From Phoronis australis (Eukaryota > Animalia > Phoronida), in the NCBI GenBank assembly GCA_002633005.1, contig NMRA01000059.1:299883-363882 (forward strand): DNA of 64,000 nucleotides, in the 5' to 3' direction. The notes beneath the pieces were generated by a model. The model was not told the origin of the DNA. It searched no databases and was given only the letters and a program-made list of their open reading frames with translations. The stretch's first letter is position 1. Each line of letters starts with the position of its first letter. Of the stretch, positions 51,733-63,856 are shown piece by piece. The position numbers were made by a program, and so were the translations under genes.

Positions 51733-52249
51733 CTGAAATGAAAACAAAAGGCATGGTCTAGTGAACATATCTAACTCAAGCACACACATTTATACTAAAT
51801 TACATTACTTGCCAATAGTAATGGATTCCTTGTCCAAAAGCAAACTTAGACTTAACTTGGAAGCTGTATTCAACTGGCTAAAAACAAGTTCAGTGAATTT
51901 ACATTTTTCTGAAGTAATTGCAACCCACTACGATGACAAAAACATTGGCAATGCAATCCAAACCAAGCTGAGCCTTTGAATAATGGGGAAAACTTCCATT
52001 CACGGATCTCTTCTGTCCAGTGTCTATACACCGAAATAGCATTCAAAACTAAAAGAGGGAAGTCCATTGTCACCAAGAGCACATTCCCTACATGTAAGAC
52101 ACTCCCTGGGGCACATGCCATACGTTAAGACACTTACCAGATGCCTACAGGGAGAAATCTTGGCATATGGAACAGAAATAACATTTCTACAAAAAGTAAC
52201 TATACTTCCCAGATTTCACTAAATCTGCAAGTAGATACACCAGTATTGA

Positions 52250-52620
52250 CTGCATGCAGTCCACCCTGGACTTACTCAAACTGGATTTGTGTAAAGACTA
52301 CCGTGCGTGTTTAGCTTTGTTCACATGTCTCCATGGCATGACACCTGAGTATATTTGAGACAAACTTCAACTTAGTAAATCAGGTTCACAATAGACATAC
52401 TAGGTCTAGTGCAACTGGCAATATCTACCTTTACAAGACCAGGGCTCATTTTGGCAAACATTCCATCTTGTACTCTGGTGACATGTCATGGAACCATCTA
52501 AATTCAAATATCAGCTAGAGCGAATCTATAGGTACATTCAAATATCAGCTAGAGTGAATCTATACGTACATTCAAATATCAGCTAGTAAGAGTGAATCCA
52601 CAGGTACATTCAAACCCAGG
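52250..52620 (+). mobile_element. CR1/L2-clade LINE 3' fragment
   Basis: Degenerate LFTCLHGMTPEYI*...HTRSSATGNIYLYKTRAHFGKHSILYSGDMSWNHL resembles the post-RT tail of CR1/L2. Confidence 0.65.
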
Positions 52621-52847
52621 TGCATGCGGATGGTTTAACTGTGTGCTCTACCAACTTGTTTTTCCAGCTTAGTTGGAGACAATTCTGTCTTATAATTTGA
52701 TTGTTTTTTCTAATGCCATTTTGGTAGTCAGATTTCCAGTATTTTTCCCACGAGGACCCTATGGAGGAGCTGTATCTTCAACCCTAACATATTAAGTCTG
52801 CCCCTTAAGACTATCTCCACACCTAACATATTAAGACCACCCCTTAC

Positions 52848-54518
52848 AGGAGCATGCCACCCAAAAAACAACCTATTTTGTATCAATTTAGATCGAGTAG
52901 TTCCACTCCATAACATCAAGCTCAGTTGTTTTACCTGACACCTGACCGCAGATGGAGGTGTTGAAATTAACCAACGACGTAATCGGTTCGAATGCAGTCT
53001 GTTCAGCCGTTCACAACCCATTTACTGGTGTCAACTTATCGCTTGAAAGCATCGTTTTACACCAATAAATAATGAAATTTCGATGTAAAAAACTTATAAA
53101 TATATAGAGTTTTTGAACAAACGTGTTGTTTTATTTCATTGTTACGGATTTATAGGTACTCGAACGTAGGGTAACCTACAGAGCTTGGTCAAGGAGTGTA
53201 TACTCCTAGGTTCGGTACACCAATTTATCATGGTCGATCGCGGGAGTTTGGGTCTGTTTGGAGATAAATTCGAATCGTTCTTCCGTGAAATAAGGACATG
53301 AAAGATAGCTGTGTGTTGTACTTTTAGACTTGTGATTTTTTCAGTTCTAAACACACAAAACTCTTGTTATCCCAGCCAGTGCCTAGGAACCCGATCAGGC
53401 CCATCGCGGCCGCCGGGACTGGACATCATGAACATAAACCAGCTTAAGTTGGAAAGTAAACCCCCAGTCACAAAAAGACTACACCTAGTGATCCAAAAAA
53501 TGATGTGCACGTAATTATTTTGGTGAATTAGCCACGAAACTGCAAATCTAGTTACTTGTCGGGGGCCACGAAGTCAAGTTTCCCCTTTACAGAACCGTCA
53601 GGACAAAAGTTGTACACTAACGATGATGAGAATAATGTATTTGTATATCTAAATAAAGATTGCCCTAACATGTGACCATAGCATATAAAATCCAGTTGTT
53701 TCACAACAGCTTTCTGTCAGCAAACACTGAATTAGCATGCGCTCTCAAGGCCTCAGTGCCCGGTCAATCACCTTTATTGCATCTGAAGCCAGTGACGCAG
53801 TGGTTTATTCATTGCTGGTTTCTCAAACATTTGCACTCACAAATACTCCAAAGGCATTACAAATTGTATCTGATGAGACAGACTTTGTTTAAGTTTTACA
53901 TAAGAATTGGTTAGGGTGAGAATAGTTCATTTTGAAACAGAATGCTGAATAATTAATAAACGTCAACATGGCAACTCGCAATACCGACTTAGACAAGAGC
54001 TCATCCGACGAAGACTTCACAGTTGGATCATTAAGTTTCACAGGCTATCAGTTCGAACCAGAATACACTGATCTAAAATACTAGGGAGGCGCCATGAACA
54101 TGCACAGGCAACGGAATGTATGGATAGTTCTTTGGTAAGCCGGCATTCGTCAGACTCACTGTCGACGACTGCTGGCCACAGAAAAGGAGATGTTTCACGG
54201 CCTCATACTTGCTAGTATCAGCGTACTTTTCATTCTTCACTACCGCGAGCATTTCGGACTCTCGAGGAAGTCGAAAATACGATATACTGTCTCGCTTTCC
54301 TCGCAGCTTCATAGTTCGGACAAGCGGGAACGATGCACCACAGCATAGCGGCATTCACTCAGCAAATGAACCATTGACGTCGTTGCGTTGTTTCTCACCT
54401 TTCTCACAGGTTAACGCGACACCTCTCGGCCAGGCAAGGTCGACCGTATGCGAGGCGATGTGGACATAGACCGATTAAGATGGTAAAAAAGACTAATTAA
54501 ATCGGGTGACATTCTCCT
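52848..54518. mobile_element. Non-autonomous Kolobok-like DNA transposon (1.67 kb)
   Basis: TIRs AGGAGCATGCCACCC / reverse complement AGGAGAATGTCACCC; TTAC and TTAA flanks inside a host minisatellite; THAP-like remnant 54073-54354(-); MATRN...GYQFEPEY remnant 53968-54084(+). Confidence 0.7.
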
Positions 54519-54651
54519 TTAAGACTATCTCCACACCTAACATGTTAAAGCTCACTCTTTCAGGCAACCTCCACACCTAACATACGAAGCCACACCCCTT
54601 AGACAACCTCCATACTAAACATATGAAGCCCCACCCCTTGTCCACACCAAC

Positions 54652-54841
54652 CTCAAAACCTTTGATAGCCTGGAGAAGAAGTACAACATCTGCTGATTGG
54701 TGAGTGGGATGGATGAAGCACATTGTCTCCAGTCAAAGACAGAGTCTGGTGATACACTATAGCTAGACTCTGCCAATATTGTGATCTCCTGCTGCATGGA
54801 CTGTGGAGAGTAGTCGCCTTCCACCAAGTACAGCAGACAAT
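54652..54841 (-). CDS. ePHD-finger gene exon
   Basis: (D)CLLYLVEGDYSPQSMQQEITILAES...LYFFSRLSKVL(R); gttcag acceptor; AG|gttggt donor gives the phase 2 required by the next exon. Confidence 0.75.
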
Positions 54842-56396
54842 CTGAACACAAACACAGAACACTTGCATTTTATACCAATAACAACAACAACAATAATAAC
54901 AATAACTGTAATAACACCAGCTACAGCACAACTGGTTTTGATGCACTTATTGTCAACAGCATTAACACAAAGAACATTTAATATGAAAGTTAAAACATCA
55001 ATTTCGGAGTAATCCGTTTGACCCTAAATTACGGTTATATAAAAGGTGTTTTCAAGCTTAATTTGAATTACTTTAAATATTTATTTGTACTCAAATTCTT
55101 GCTAATAGCTTAAATTGAAGAAATCTAATTCTCAGTCTCTTATTATGTTATATACAAGGAAGTAAAGATCTCATGAAGACTTGTGTTTACATTCAACTCT
55201 TTGGACCATATTATGACTACACCGTTGAAACTTCAGAACAATAATCTAATAACAGAGATTTCTCATACGGACGGTGAAGTGATGCACCATCAGTCTTTGT
55301 GAAGCATGGCATATTAGTATTAATTTTGTTTGCTTCAGTTCGCAGGATACTGACCACTATATGTCTACGTTTTGATACCAATTTGAAATGCATATATTTG
55401 CTTTGAACAAATCAAGGTTTAAGTGCAGAAATTCAGTGAATGAAACCCACAAGAGTCACAAAAATGGTCATGTCCAACATTTATAGTGACCAGCTGCATT
55501 GATTTGACCAGTTTGAGTTATAATTGTACTGCTTTATGGAATATTCAAGTTGTATTTCCTTAGTTTTATCTGCCACAGGCGGTTAGAGGAAAACTGTTTA
55601 AGAAAACTTGCATTTTGAGCATTTCTGTTTGCAGATATCTGTGCCACATCGCTTTACAGTGAAAATGATGTTGCTCTTTTATAAGAAACAACTGTCCCCA
55701 ATCCATACACTTCTTCATAAGCTATGTTCTCACATGCGATGAAATTGCAACGAATTCAAGTACAATTCATTGTCGCTTAAAGCAGTTCATCTAATATTGC
55801 ATGATACCACAGGTAAGTCATGACCAGACTACAAGACGTGCACGATACCACAGGTAAGTCATGACAAGACTACAAGACGTGCAATACTGAACATGTACAA
55901 ATGTATTCAGGTAAAACGCAGTAGACACAAAGAAAAAGCATGCACATTCAGTGAGGTAAGCATGTAAGGCTGCGCAGGAGATTACATCTCTTCCTCACGT
56001 GCTAAACCAACAATTGGGTTGTTATATTTTGATCACAGAGCTTGATGATGGCATATCATACTAGGACAGCTCAGCATGTTTACAACTCAGCACGATATTG
56101 TTTACGTATATGTATTAGGTATTCCTGCAACATATCATATGTGAACACTTAGTGTATAAAAATCTCTATTCTCAGCCACAAGTATCCCAACACTCATTTA
56201 AGTCATCCACACAACAGGACAATATGAGGTCAAACTGACAACAGTGTTAACCCGTCATTACCTTAATTGCAGGAAGACAATACTGAAATTAAACTATTTA
56301 TTTATCCCATAAAGTTTGCTTTATTACCTAGAGCACCAACAATATTTTAGCCAAGGAGTTTGAATTTTATGCAACACTGATTTTGATTTTGCAGCG

Positions 56397-56540
56397 AGCT
56401 TCACAACTATGCCCCTGAATACAAGACAGCAGAGCTTCACAACTGAGCCCCTGAATACAAGACAGCAGAGCTTCACAACTGAGCCCCTGAACGTGAGACA
56501 GCAGAATTTCACAACTGAGCCCCTGAACATGAGACAGCTG
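56397..56540. repeat. 36-bp minisatellite, ~4 copies
   Basis: Unit gagcttcacaactgagcccctgaatacaagacagca. Confidence 0.9.
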
Positions 56541-56636
56541 AGCACATCTAAAACTGTTAACTTCACCAGGACTTTCTAGATACAAAAGACAGACTACATA
56601 ACCTTGATGACTGCAATTTGATGACATAATACAAAC

Positions 56637-56690
56637 CTCTGTTACACCTCTGTCCTTTCGCTGGGCTTGAGTTGTTAGTTCCATTTTGTT
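56637..56690 (-). CDS. ePHD-finger gene, candidate linker exon
   Basis: (E)QNGTNNSSPAKGQRCNR; 54 nt, phase 1/1; weak acceptor. Confidence 0.45.
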
Positions 56691-56940
56691 CTAGTTTGAC
56701 ATGTACTTGTTTGTGAACACTATTCTCTAACACCTCTTGACTTCCTGCATAAAGAGGTTATATTTGTAATTGTACTGAATTTTAATACTCAGAGGGACAT
56801 GGACACTTTTTACTGGAACAAAATGGATTTTCTATAATGGCAATTCCATTATTAACAAGATTTGCTTAGAAAAATCCCATGTCACGTTACTATGAATGCC
56901 AGGCACCATTATCATGCTCACAACATGTGTCTTCACTCAC

Positions 56941-56976
56941 CAAGGAAGAAAACTTCCCCTGAGACCTCTTTTGTAC
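56941..56976 (-). CDS. ePHD-finger gene, candidate linker exon
   Basis: (G)TKEVSGEVFFL; 36 nt, phase 1/1; tgctag / gtgagt. Confidence 0.4.
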
Positions 56977-57344
56977 CTAGCAGCATGAATCAGCAGAGTT
57001 TGCAACTAGCAAAAACTTACACAAACTGAGAAATAACTTCATGAACAAAAACAAATAGGAAGCGCACTCCAGAAAGTCGTGATAGTTTCTGATCTGCTGT
57101 GTTATGCACATATTGTTCTGAAGTACCTTCAAACACAGACCTGACTACCTAGTCTTTTATGTGTGGATGATAACAATATGAACTTAACTTAAACTCCTTA
57201 ATAGTGAAGTAGTGTAACACTGGAGGTCTTTCTTCAATTCAATGTTTCATGTCTCTACTCACTTGCCCAGCCTAGACTGTAACAACATCAAGTTTTACAA
57301 CACAGTTGATGTGACACAACCAACAGATGTCAGTACTTTCTTAC

Positions 57345-57449
57345 CACTTTTCCTCGTTCCTTTTGCCTTTGTGTCGTTACTTACAGCGCCATCTGCTGGC
57401 CCCAACTCCCCAAATGATGAGTCAATGCGCTCGTATTTGATTGGCGTCG
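57345..57449 (-). CDS. ePHD-finger gene, linker exon
   Basis: (A)TPIKYERIDSSFGELGPADGAVSNDTKAKGTRKS; ttttag / gtaaga; phase 1/1. Confidence 0.72.
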
Positions 57450-58159
57450 CTAAAACACACAACTAGGAAATTATCTGGGATAGCGGAGACAATACACAAC
57501 TTAATAATGGGAATCATCTCCTCAATCAAGGAGTAAAATGGTCCAATGTCTTATTGAGGGTATCTCCAATATCAACAGTAGTACTGTTAGTGTTCAGGGA
57601 ATTTAAATTGAGACTCGGATATAAAGTGGTGATCAACAGACAGATAGCTTATAAAATGAAATATCATGAAGTCAGAGTGAACATTTACTTGAACAACTTA
57701 TATAAGTTTAACATAGTTAACACCCATACTGCTGTGTTGAAGGCCATCTACTAATGCATCACTCATGTCCCACATAAATGACAAAAGCAGAATTCAAGTA
57801 TTAATTCCCACTGTCTCTGAGGCACAAGTTGGACATTATGGTTCTTGGTAACAGGCCTTTCCTGCAGTTGTGTAACTCATCTAAAGGTCAAGGTCACGCT
57901 TGCCTGTTTAGCAGACTTGGCAAGGAGTTTGCTACAATCTTTTGAGCATTGTCAAGGGTTACATTATTTTGGATGGGAAAGTTGTTTGTAGTAATAGGTC
58001 AAAACTGAATTTGGTATCCGTTTATTGTAAGGAGACATGTCAGTTGTTCAGACAGTGTACTCAAGTGCATGTTTACATATTGTCATGTTACATGTAGTTC
58101 CCTCTCAACACACGATACAACTGGAGGACATGGCCAGTCCATTCAAAACTGATACAGAC

Positions 58160-58282
58160 CTTGTTCATTGGAATTTTTGTCTTTTTTCTCACTACTCCCA
58201 CTAGTGCTCCTGGTTGTCCTTGTAGGAGTCTCGTCCTCATCAGACGATGATGTGTCACTCACAAGTTTTATATTGGATGTAT
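58160..58282 (-). CDS. ePHD-finger gene, low-complexity exon
   Basis: (N)TSNIKLVSDTSSSDEDETPTRTTRSTSGSSEKKDKNSNEQ; tttcag / gtctgt; phase 1/1. Confidence 0.75.
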
Positions 58283-58779
58283 CTGAAATGATAACACCTC
58301 AAGGTCATGGATCACACCTCAAGGTCATGGATAATATCTGAAAGACACAACAGAAGTATACCACATGCAACCACTTGTCTAGTGCACGAGATCTTTCAAC
58401 GTGTGCTTATTATAAATTAAAGCAAAGACAACTGCCTAATAATAAAGGTGGTAATAACAACAACAACAAAAACAATAACGTTGAACTAAACCCACAACTG
58501 CACTACCAACGGTACACTTCCACGGGTCTTCATTACTGTCACGTAATATACAAAACAAAAAGCCAACTAGGGGTGCAGGATAACTCAAATCCATTTGAAA
58601 TATAGAAAGTGCTGTTGTCTCCTCAAAAGAAACTTATTAGTTAACTTTCTTTAATATCCGTCAAAGAACTTGGTAGATACAAAGTTGTACAATAAAATTG
58701 TCATTCGAGAATGCCACTGCAGTCGGCGTACTCTCCTAGACTGAAACTAGTATTTCATGAAGATCCCTCAAGAAACTTG

Positions 58780-59600
58780 GTACATATTGAGGCTCGGGCA
58801 AAAAACAAATTCACCACTAGGAAGCGTCACTTTAGTCCAACCTGTCCAAATGTGTACGTCAGTAGTGATTGTCTCAATAAACACACACCTGTAAAATTTC
58901 ATAACGTTCCTCCATGCACTTCGGCGCATACAGAGACAGGCTCCAAAAACAGATGGAAAAACATTAAAAAATGGCCACTAGGGTCTGCAGAATACAGTGA
59001 ATTCATCTGAAAATGGGAACGCTTCATCACCATAACAGAAAACTCACAGAAAATTTTCATGAAAAATCCATGAACTTGGTAGATATAGGCAAACAAAAAT
59101 GATAGTCAAATTGTCACTAGGGAGCACCAGAAAAGTTCAACCGGTTAAAAAATCATAGTCAGACATGCTCATTTTATTAGAACACGTGTAATATTTCATA
59201 ATTACTCTTTAGTGAGCAAACTGGCAGGTAAAAAGGTGGACACCAAAACAAAGCCACATAAATAATTAAACTGGTCACTGGGGGGCGCAGACTACATAGA
59301 ATCTGCCTGAAATTGAAAAGGTGTCCTCGCCAGAATAGAAACCTATACAGAAAATTTCACAAAAATCTGTCGATGTTCTCCGTAGATATAGAGGCCAATG
59401 AAAAAATGAAATCCGTAGGAAAATTGGCTTCTGCAGTCTCCTCCATGACAGGAACATGTCTGCAAAATTTCCCAAACATTCCTTATTATGCATTACATAA
59501 TTTGGACGTATTGTGTCATCATCCCTGCCTGTCTACCGTCTGGGTGTATTGTGCCATCATCCCTGCCTGTCTACCGTCTGGGCATATTGTGCCATCATTA
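58780..59600 (-). mobile_element. Highly degenerate HINE-related internal repeats
   Basis: aaaatggccactaggg, tgtcactagggagcacc, ggtcactggggggcgca motifs at ~140-150 bp spacing; termini not recognisable. Confidence 0.5.
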
Positions 59601-60550
59601 TACAATTTAGACTTCATATTTCCATGCGGAGTACGGTCCAGAGTTAATAAAGCCTATATTATTGTTATTTGTAAACTGCCAATTTCATTATTCTTTATGA
59701 TTGAGTCTAATTGTGCTGAAGCCTTTTAGCTGGATGTCCTTAGCTTACAGCACTGATTGCGACCAATAGATGTCATCGAAGTTTGGACATGCATATCCTT
59801 TTTGTCTTAAAGTTTGATACGCGAAGGTGTGCAAAATTTGCTCCGCCCCTTCGTTCTTGGCATTTCATTAACTTAAGGACAAATGCACATCTAAGTTAGC
59901 TTAGGTATTACAATGAATTAACACTAGAGATGATTCCCATTGAATTTTATGCAGGTACCTGCTATTTGTTTGGCGGTAGTCTACAAAATTTTCCTGAAGC
60001 ATTGTTTTGAAATTAAGATAGGTGGCGCATTATGCAGTCAAGACATCTGTGCCCATAAATCGCTTGTGATGACCGTAATTGTCAACTCTATCGCTGATTG
60101 TGTGTTTACTGGAGAATCTTTATCATTTGTTTATAGATTGTTCATTTGTTTCAGATACGGTCTGATTGTTGATAAAGACAGTAAAATAAAGATTCACCTT
60201 TCCAAGATTGCTTTCTTAAATATGATCTGACCTATAATTATTGTATATTCTTTATTGTCAATTTGGCTTGCTACAAGTTTCATTATTGTGATATTTAAAA
60301 TGAGGGTGGCCTCTTCAGTGACAGCACTGCTTTCCAAGAGGACCCTCAACAAGAAAAACAGTAATATAATACAATGAAGTAATAAAACAACAATGAAATA
60401 TACGTAACAGAGATACAATTAAAACAGGTTGAGAATTAAGACAATAACTAAATGAAAAATAATGGTAAAAATTTAGCAAGTCATAGATAAGCTAATGACG
60501 TTGTGTGATGTAGTTAAGTATGGTATAGATGAGCAGTGCATAATACTCAC

Positions 60551-60712
60551 TCTTTCCGGTCGACACCTTTCCATTGTTAGATTTCCGCTTCAATGTTTTC
60601 TTCTCACAGCTTGAGACGAGACTTCTTCTGGATGCTGGGGGGGTGACTCTCTCAACCTCATCCTTGGTGACCGACAAGTTCAAATTATTTTTGTTTTTGG
60701 AACTTGTCTTAT
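60551..60712 (-). CDS. ePHD-finger gene, basic linker exon (NLS-like KKTLKRK)
   Basis: (D)KTSSKNKNNLNLSVTKDEVERVTPPASRR...GKVSTGK; ttgtag / gtgagt; phase 1/1. Confidence 0.8.
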
Positions 60713-61039
60713 CTACAAGAAAACATTCTCAATTTGAAGATAGACTTTTGAGACAAAGCCCCCAACCCCTCTGTGGTGCGCCGCCTATAGACCATGGGTA
60801 GCGCAACACTGAAAAAGTGGGTCTATAGCCCCCCTCCCCAGCGCCCTATGGTGCGCCGCCTATGTCACCTAAAGACTGTTCAATTAGTTCTACTGACTAA
60901 GACATGTGATTGGTTTGTGAGCTGGAAGTTGAGCTAAAACACTGGGGACTCTCAGGATAACAGAGATACAACATGATTCAAAGCCGTGATGTTACTTTCC
61001 AGTGTTTCACAACAATTGTGAACAAGTACAACGCGTTAC

Positions 61040-61192
61040 ATCACGCACACATACCTAGACATGTATGCACGCATACACACATGCACACACGCATGCTAGC
61101 TCGCACGCATACACACATGCAGACACACACACACACCTCGACACACACCCACACACCCACCCACACACACACCCACACACACCCATACACAT
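61040..61192. repeat. (CA)n-rich microsatellite
   Basis: acacacac/acaccc runs. Confidence 0.9.
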
Positions 61193-61209
61193 CATCCTTC
61201 CTGTCCAAC

Positions 61210-61374
61210 CTTTCTGAACTATAGTTGGTGTCCTTGTATCAGCCTCTTCAACAGCTAGCCTGGGTTTCTTTGAAGCACTGTGAGGTTCCTCAAAGTCAGA
61301 TAACACCAACTCATTGTCAGTATGAGCGCTCACCTCGTCACTATCTATGTTAGACGAGGAGTCCACAGTGGCCA
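61210..61374 (-). CDS. ePHD-finger gene, acidic linker exon
   Basis: (V)ATVDSSSNIDSDEVSAHTDNELVLSDFEEPHSASKKPRL...IVQK; tttacag / gttgga; phase 1/1. Confidence 0.8.
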
Positions 61375-61410
61375 CTGTAAATATTAACATGAGGCACCAG
61401 GGGGCTTTTT

Positions 61411-61828
61411 AAAACAAGAGCAATGTGGAGCATTGAAATGCACCCACGAATGCATCGCAAACAGTGTGCTTCTAGTGGTGTTTATTTGTATCATAAAAAT
61501 GGCCACTAGATGACGGATTATATGTCCAATGCAACCGAAAACTGGCATATGTCATCGAAGCCATTTACCAAATTTTATGAAAGAACTTCTGAGAAACCAA
61601 GGAAAATGAAAAAATGAAATTGCCAATAGGAGTCTATGGGCGCAAAAAACATAACAGCTTCTAGGAGGCGCCACAGTAAATGAATTCGTCGGAGAATCAT
61701 CGTCAACCGTCCTCTTCACACTAAGAATATATATGCCAATTTTCACAATCATCCTCAGAGTGGTTTGGTTGACAGAGGGGCGGATGCCAAACACTGACTC
61801 GAAAACAGTAAAAATGGCCACTAGATGT
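61411..61828 (-). mobile_element. HINE-type element, truncated copy 6
   Basis: aaacaagagcaatgtggagcattgaaatgcacccacgaatgcatcgc terminus plus about three subunits. Confidence 0.75.
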
Positions 61829-61837
61829 CCAAATATA

Positions 61838-61970
61838 CCGTATTCTCTGTAATAACTGCCCAGGGCGCTTAGAAAAGTTCAGTTAATGGACTGGGCGCTT
61901 ATTTCAGCAAAGTCTGAAAACGCGTGGGGGGTGCTTATAGGGGCATGGGCGGTTATTACGACGAATACGC
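61838..61970. mobile_element. pogo/Tigger-type MITE
   Basis: ta|ccgtattctctgtaataactgccca ... tgggcggttattacgacgaatacg TIRs. Confidence 0.65.
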
Positions 61971-62481
61971 AAATGCAAATTTAAGGTTATGTAGGACCCT
62001 AGAAAATGCACAAATTTTGAACATCATAACTCAGAAATTTTCAGACGCTATGATTTATGCACTATTCTCCAGTGCTGTATGGAATTGTTTCTAAAATAAT
62101 CAGGTTTGCATGAAAAGCTATCAACCAACAGGACTTGACTTTCACAAGGAAAAACTAGTTCCATAAAAACGAAAACTGTAACAGTGTTTTTGAGATCTTA
62201 TCTTGAGCATTTAGATAAAATAAAATTTGATCATTTTGATACTGTAGTTTTACTAACAATTTACTTGAAGTCTTTTGTCAAGTTTTACTAGCAATGAAAC
62301 TTTCTTTTTGTCAAGTTTTACTAAAATGACATGGTTACAAGACACAACAGCAGACTGGTAAAGTCAAAAATCAAATTCTACAGTTTTTAATTTCACAAAA
62401 AATAAACTTTTACTCACTACAAAAACTATAGTTTTCTAAACATTTAGCTAAACTAGTTCATCACGTTTGTAAATTTCTTAC

Positions 62482-62543
62482 CTCCCTCGTTGTTTTCTTC
62501 TATTTCTTCGTACATTTCCTTGTGTTTTGGTCCACAAAATACT
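62482..62543 (-). CDS. ePHD-finger gene exon completing the finger
   Basis: (R)VFCGPKHKEMYEEIEENNEG supplies final Cys/His ligands; tttcag / gtaaga; phase 2/1. Confidence 0.85.
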
Positions 62544-62739
62544 CTGAAATAGGATCACAAAAGGTCTTTGTGCTGCTGCTATGTTTCGCAAGAAGTCAAG
62601 AAAGCAGTATTTGCTTGTGGCGTTTTGTCGAACAGTTTTGGGGAAATTGCAGACAACACATGTGCAGTTACAAGGGTTGATCATGCTAAACAATAGAGAG
62701 AAAGGTATCTTTTCAACCAATGCTCAAAATTCAACTGAC

Positions 62740-62878
62740 CTGTATTTTACAACCTTCCCCCTTAGGTTGTCCTCCTGTGTGTAACGGTAATATGTGGCCT
62801 GGTCGTCGAGACCTAGCGCCACACAGCTGAAGTGAAACGATTTTGAACACCGACTGTAGGCACAACCCGCAGAGGCAC
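62740..62878 (-). CDS. Extended PHD finger (zf-HC5HC2H; PHF6/PHF11/G2E3-like) core exon
   Basis: (G)ASAGCAYSRCSKSFHFSCVALG...VVKY(R) fits GAxxGCxxxxCxxxFHxxC; tcacag / gtcagt; phase 1/2. Confidence 0.88.
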
Positions 62879-63116
62879 CTGTGAAGATTATATTCGATAT
62901 GAGGACCTGAGTAAAAGGATGAGCATGTGAATGTTCAGAGCTTACCTCTACTGTATCTACGTGTTACATGTCTATAATGGGCATGATAGTAAGACACTCA
63001 CACCAAACTACCACCATATAACTCAATCAAACAATGTGCAAATAGTTTCACTGCTGAAATATTCTCATCTCAGCCAAGTTCTCATAAATAAAGCTAATGT
63101 GATGACCCTGCTGTGT

Positions 63117-63463
63117 TTGTAATGTATGGCGATACGTTGCAGGCCTGCAAGATCTAGTAATGTATGGCGATACGTTGCAGAACTGCATGATCTTGTAATG
63201 CATGGCCATACCTTGCAGACCTGCATAATCTTGTAATGTATGGCCATACCTTGCAGACCTGCATAATCTTGTAATGTATGGCCATACCTAGCAGACCTGG
63301 ATGATCTTTTAATGTATGGCCATACCTTGCAGACCTGGATGATCTTGTAATGTATGGCCATACCTTGCAGACCTGCATAATCTTGTAATGTATGGCCATA
63401 CCTTGCAGACCTGCATAATCTTGTAATGTATGGCCATACCTTGCAGGCCTGGATGATCTTGCA
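63117..63463. repeat. 38-bp minisatellite, ~9 copies
   Basis: Unit gtaatgtatggccataccttgcagacctgcataatctt. Confidence 0.95.
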
Positions 63464-63509
63464 TTTACATAAAAAAGCACATAAGTGTGCAGATAATTAT
63501 AAAATATAC

Positions 63510-63570
63510 CTTTAAAAATTTTCTTTACAGTTTTCTTGGTGGAACCCTTCTTGGAACACAGAGCACATTT
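63510..63570 (-). CDS. ePHD-finger gene, most 5' exon visible (gene starts beyond window)
   Basis: KCALCSKKGSTKKTVKKIFK(G) gives the CxxC of the finger; ctctctag / gtatat; phase 0/1. Confidence 0.82.
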
Positions 63571-63856
63571 CTAGAGAGAGAAACAGTGATAAACTATGCA
63601 AGACTATAAATAGCCAACAGGTTGCACAATATGTCCACGTCTGACTGACTTACTTCACACTGGTCCTTCAGTCTTGTTAATAACCTCTCACTTACAGGTG
63701 TGCTTCAGTTCAGGTGTTATATTCAACACAGGGGGTATACCTAGCCATAGACAGCACGGAGACACATAGGGGCTCAGTGTGGTCTACACTACAATTTAAA
63801 GCATAACATTTAAAACAAGTTTAAAATTTGAACACCATTAGTAACTTTTATTGACC

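Noticed and set aside
60194-60418. Extra ePHD exon (VLLESSAVTEE...)
   Set aside because: Phase incompatible with flanking phase-1 exons; weak gag acceptor
63065-63480. Repetitive ORFs (ARYGHTLQ...)
   Set aside because: 38-bp minisatellite in an intron
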